A stretch of DNA of 64,000 bases from Camelus dromedarius (lineage: Eukaryota): positions 82,338,001 through 82,402,000 of the forward strand of contig NC_087437.1 in the NCBI RefSeq assembly GCF_036321535.1, given 5' to 3'. Under the pieces are notes generated by a model that did not search any database, was not told the origin of the DNA, and saw only the letters and a program-made list of their open reading frames with translations. Made by a program: the position numbers and the translations under genes. Positions 61,761 through 64,000 of this stretch are shown one piece after another. The first letter of the stretch is position 1. Each line of letters begins with the position of its first letter.

Positions 61761-62029
61761 AAGATTTTTAATTAGCTGGTGTATTGAACTTAGTATTCTT
61801 TTCTCTATTAACATATATTTAAAATTAGTTTGTTGTAATATCCCCTTAAGTTGTATTGTCCCACTTGGGGTTTGTTATTAAGCTTTTTCTAGCCTTATAA
61901 AATAAAATGGACATTTTTTCTCCTTATTCAATGAAGTAGTTTGTGATACATGGGTATTACTTGTTCCATATATTTTTTTTCCTAAATCTTTTTTGTAAAG
62001 TTATCTTATTCTGGTGTTATTGTGGGGAA

Positions 62030-62888
62030 GTTTTTTGTTTTAGATAAAATTTACATAATATACAATTAACCATTTTAAAGTGTGCTATTCAGTGGTAGTT
62101 AGGGTACAATGCAGTAGTATTTAGTATATTCATAATGTTGAACAACTACCAGTGCTTTTTAGTTTTGAAACTTTTTTATCATCCCATAAAACACTTCAAA
62201 TATCTTCAGTAATCATGCTCCATTTCTTCTGTCTATCCCCTGGTAAATTTTAATGGGCCTTATGTCTTGATAGATTAGCTTATTCTGGGTATATCATATA
62301 AAAAAATCATGTAGTATGTGATTTTTGTATCTGACGTCTTTCACTGACCATAATGTTTTTGAGGTTGTCCAACTTGGTGCATGTAACAGTACTTTGTTCC
62401 TTTTTGTAGCTGAATAATATTCCATTGTTTGTATATACCATAATTTGTTTATAGTTATTAGTCCATAGATGAACATTTGGGTTATTTCTATCTTTCAGCT
62501 ATTATGCTCCTATGAAAATTTGTGTCCAGGTTGCTATGTGGACATATGTTTTCATTTCTCTTGAAATAAAATATATCTAGAAGTGGAAATGGGGTCATGG
62601 TAGTTCTATATTTAGCTTTTGGAGGAATAGCAAAACTGTTTTCTACAGCAACTGCACCATGATACATTCCCATCAGCAATCTATGAGGAGTCCAGTTCTC
62701 TACATCCTTTCCAATACTTGTTACTTTACATTTTCTTGATTGAAGTCTCCCAGTGGGCATGAAATGGTATCTCATTATGGTTTTGATTTGCATTTTGTTA
62801 ATGATAGATGGTGATGAATTCCTTTTCATGAGCCAGTTGGGAACTGATAGATCTTTGGACAAATATCTATTTAAGGTCTTGCTCATTT
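62030..62888 (-). mobile_element. L1MB-like 3' end (3'UTR and ORF2 C-terminus)
   Basis: Track peptides INKLWYIQTMEYYSATKRN and MQIKTIMRYHF, plus the 3' terminus ATAAAATTTACATAATATACAATTAACCATTTTAAAGTG. Confidence 0.88.
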
Positions 62889-64000
62889 TTTCTTTTTAAC
62901 AATTTATTTTTTGAATTTAGAAATATTAAAATTGAAGTATACTTGATTTATAGTATTATATTAGTTTCAGGTGTACAACATAGTCATTCAGTATTTTTAT
63001 AGATTATACCCCATTTAAAGTTATCACAAAATAATGGGTATATTTTCCTGTACTTCACAATATATCCTTGTTACTTATTAATTTTATACATAGTAATTTG
63101 TACCTCAATCCATTGCACATATCTTGCCCCTACCCACTTCACTCTCCCCACTTGTAACCATTAGTTTGTTCTATATATCTGTGAGTGTGTTTCTGTTTTG
63201 TTATATTTATTTTATTTTTTATATTCTACATATTAGTGATAACATGCAGTATTTGTCTTTCTATGTCTGACCTATTTCATTAAGCATAATACCCTCCAGG
63301 ACGATTTATGTTGTTGCAAATGGCAAAATTCAGTCTTTTATATGGCTGTGTGGTGTTCCATTGTCTCTGTGTGTGTATGTGTATCTTCTTTATCCTTTCA
63401 TCTGTTGATGGACACTTACATTAGTTCTATATCTTGACTATTGTTAAATGAAGCTGCTATAAAGATTGGGGTGCATGAATCTTTCTTTGAATTAGAATTT
63501 TTGTTTTCTTTGGATATAAACCAAGAGTATAATTGCTAGTTCATATGGTAGTTCTATTTTCGGTTTTCTGAAGAACGTCCACACTGATTTCCTTAGTGGT
63601 TACACTAATTTACATTCCCACCAACAGTGTGCAAGGGATCCCTTTTCTCCACAACCTCACCAGCATTTATTATTTCTGGTCTTTTTGATGATAGCCATTC
63701 AGAGAGGTGTGAGATGATATATCACTGTAGTTTTGATTTGCATTTCTCTGAAGATAAGTGATGTTGAGCATTTTTCAAGTGCCTGTTGTTCACGAGTATA
63801 TCTTCTTTGGAAAATATCTATTCAGGTCTTTTGCCTATTTTCAATCAGGCTTTGATATTGAGTTGTATGAGTTATTTACATACTTTGGATATTAACCACT
63901 TATCAGTTATATAATTTGCTAATACTGTCTCCCATTCAGTAAGTTGTCTTTTTATTTTGTCAATGAGTTCATTTGCTGGGTAGCTTTTAGGTTTAATTAG
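62889..64000 (-). mobile_element. Intermediate-age L1 3' portion, continuing beyond the window
   Basis: ATTGAAGTATACTTGATTTATAGTATTATATTAGTTTCAGGTGTACAAC 3' terminus followed by ORF2 C-terminal antisense sequence. Confidence 0.92.

Noticed and set aside
1..64000. CRISPR arrays, operons, rRNA or other prokaryotic-type systems; strand bias of L1s as proof of a host intron
   Set aside because: The DNA is mammalian with no regularly spaced repeat array. L1 fragments occur in both orientations, so no host transcript direction can be inferred from them.

Overview
AT-rich, repeat-dense mammalian non-coding DNA. The host is most likely a camelid, inferred from tRNA-Ala-derived vic-1-like SINEs and a Tigger2-type MITE, with no Alu, B1, Bov-B/Bov-tA, PRE-1 or Can-SINE seen. 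I recognise no host protein-coding exon. The dominant feature is a young, full-length ~7.1-kb LINE-1 on the minus strand (37142-44228). It has a perfect 14-bp target-site duplication (TSD), a CpG-rich 5'UTR and a ~400-bp inter-ORF spacer. Both ORFs are still in frame but broken by three nonsense codons, and one endonuclease active-site residue is substituted. The rest is layered retroelement debris: 5'-truncated L1s of several ages, L2/MIR/CR1 relics, MaLR and ERVL LTRs, and DNA-transposon MITEs. The most unusual small-scale items are a tailless retrocopy of a tRNA-Cys(GCA) 5' half with its own TSD (~45.5 kb), a 49-bp micro-L1 with a perfect 16-bp TSD, an inverted L1 endonuclease fragment beside a Tigger2-like MITE, a diverged ~300-bp local duplication, and several candidate + strand non-coding exons. 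I found no convincing evidence of a new multi-gene biological system. Family names and boundaries of old repeats were assigned by eye and are approximate.
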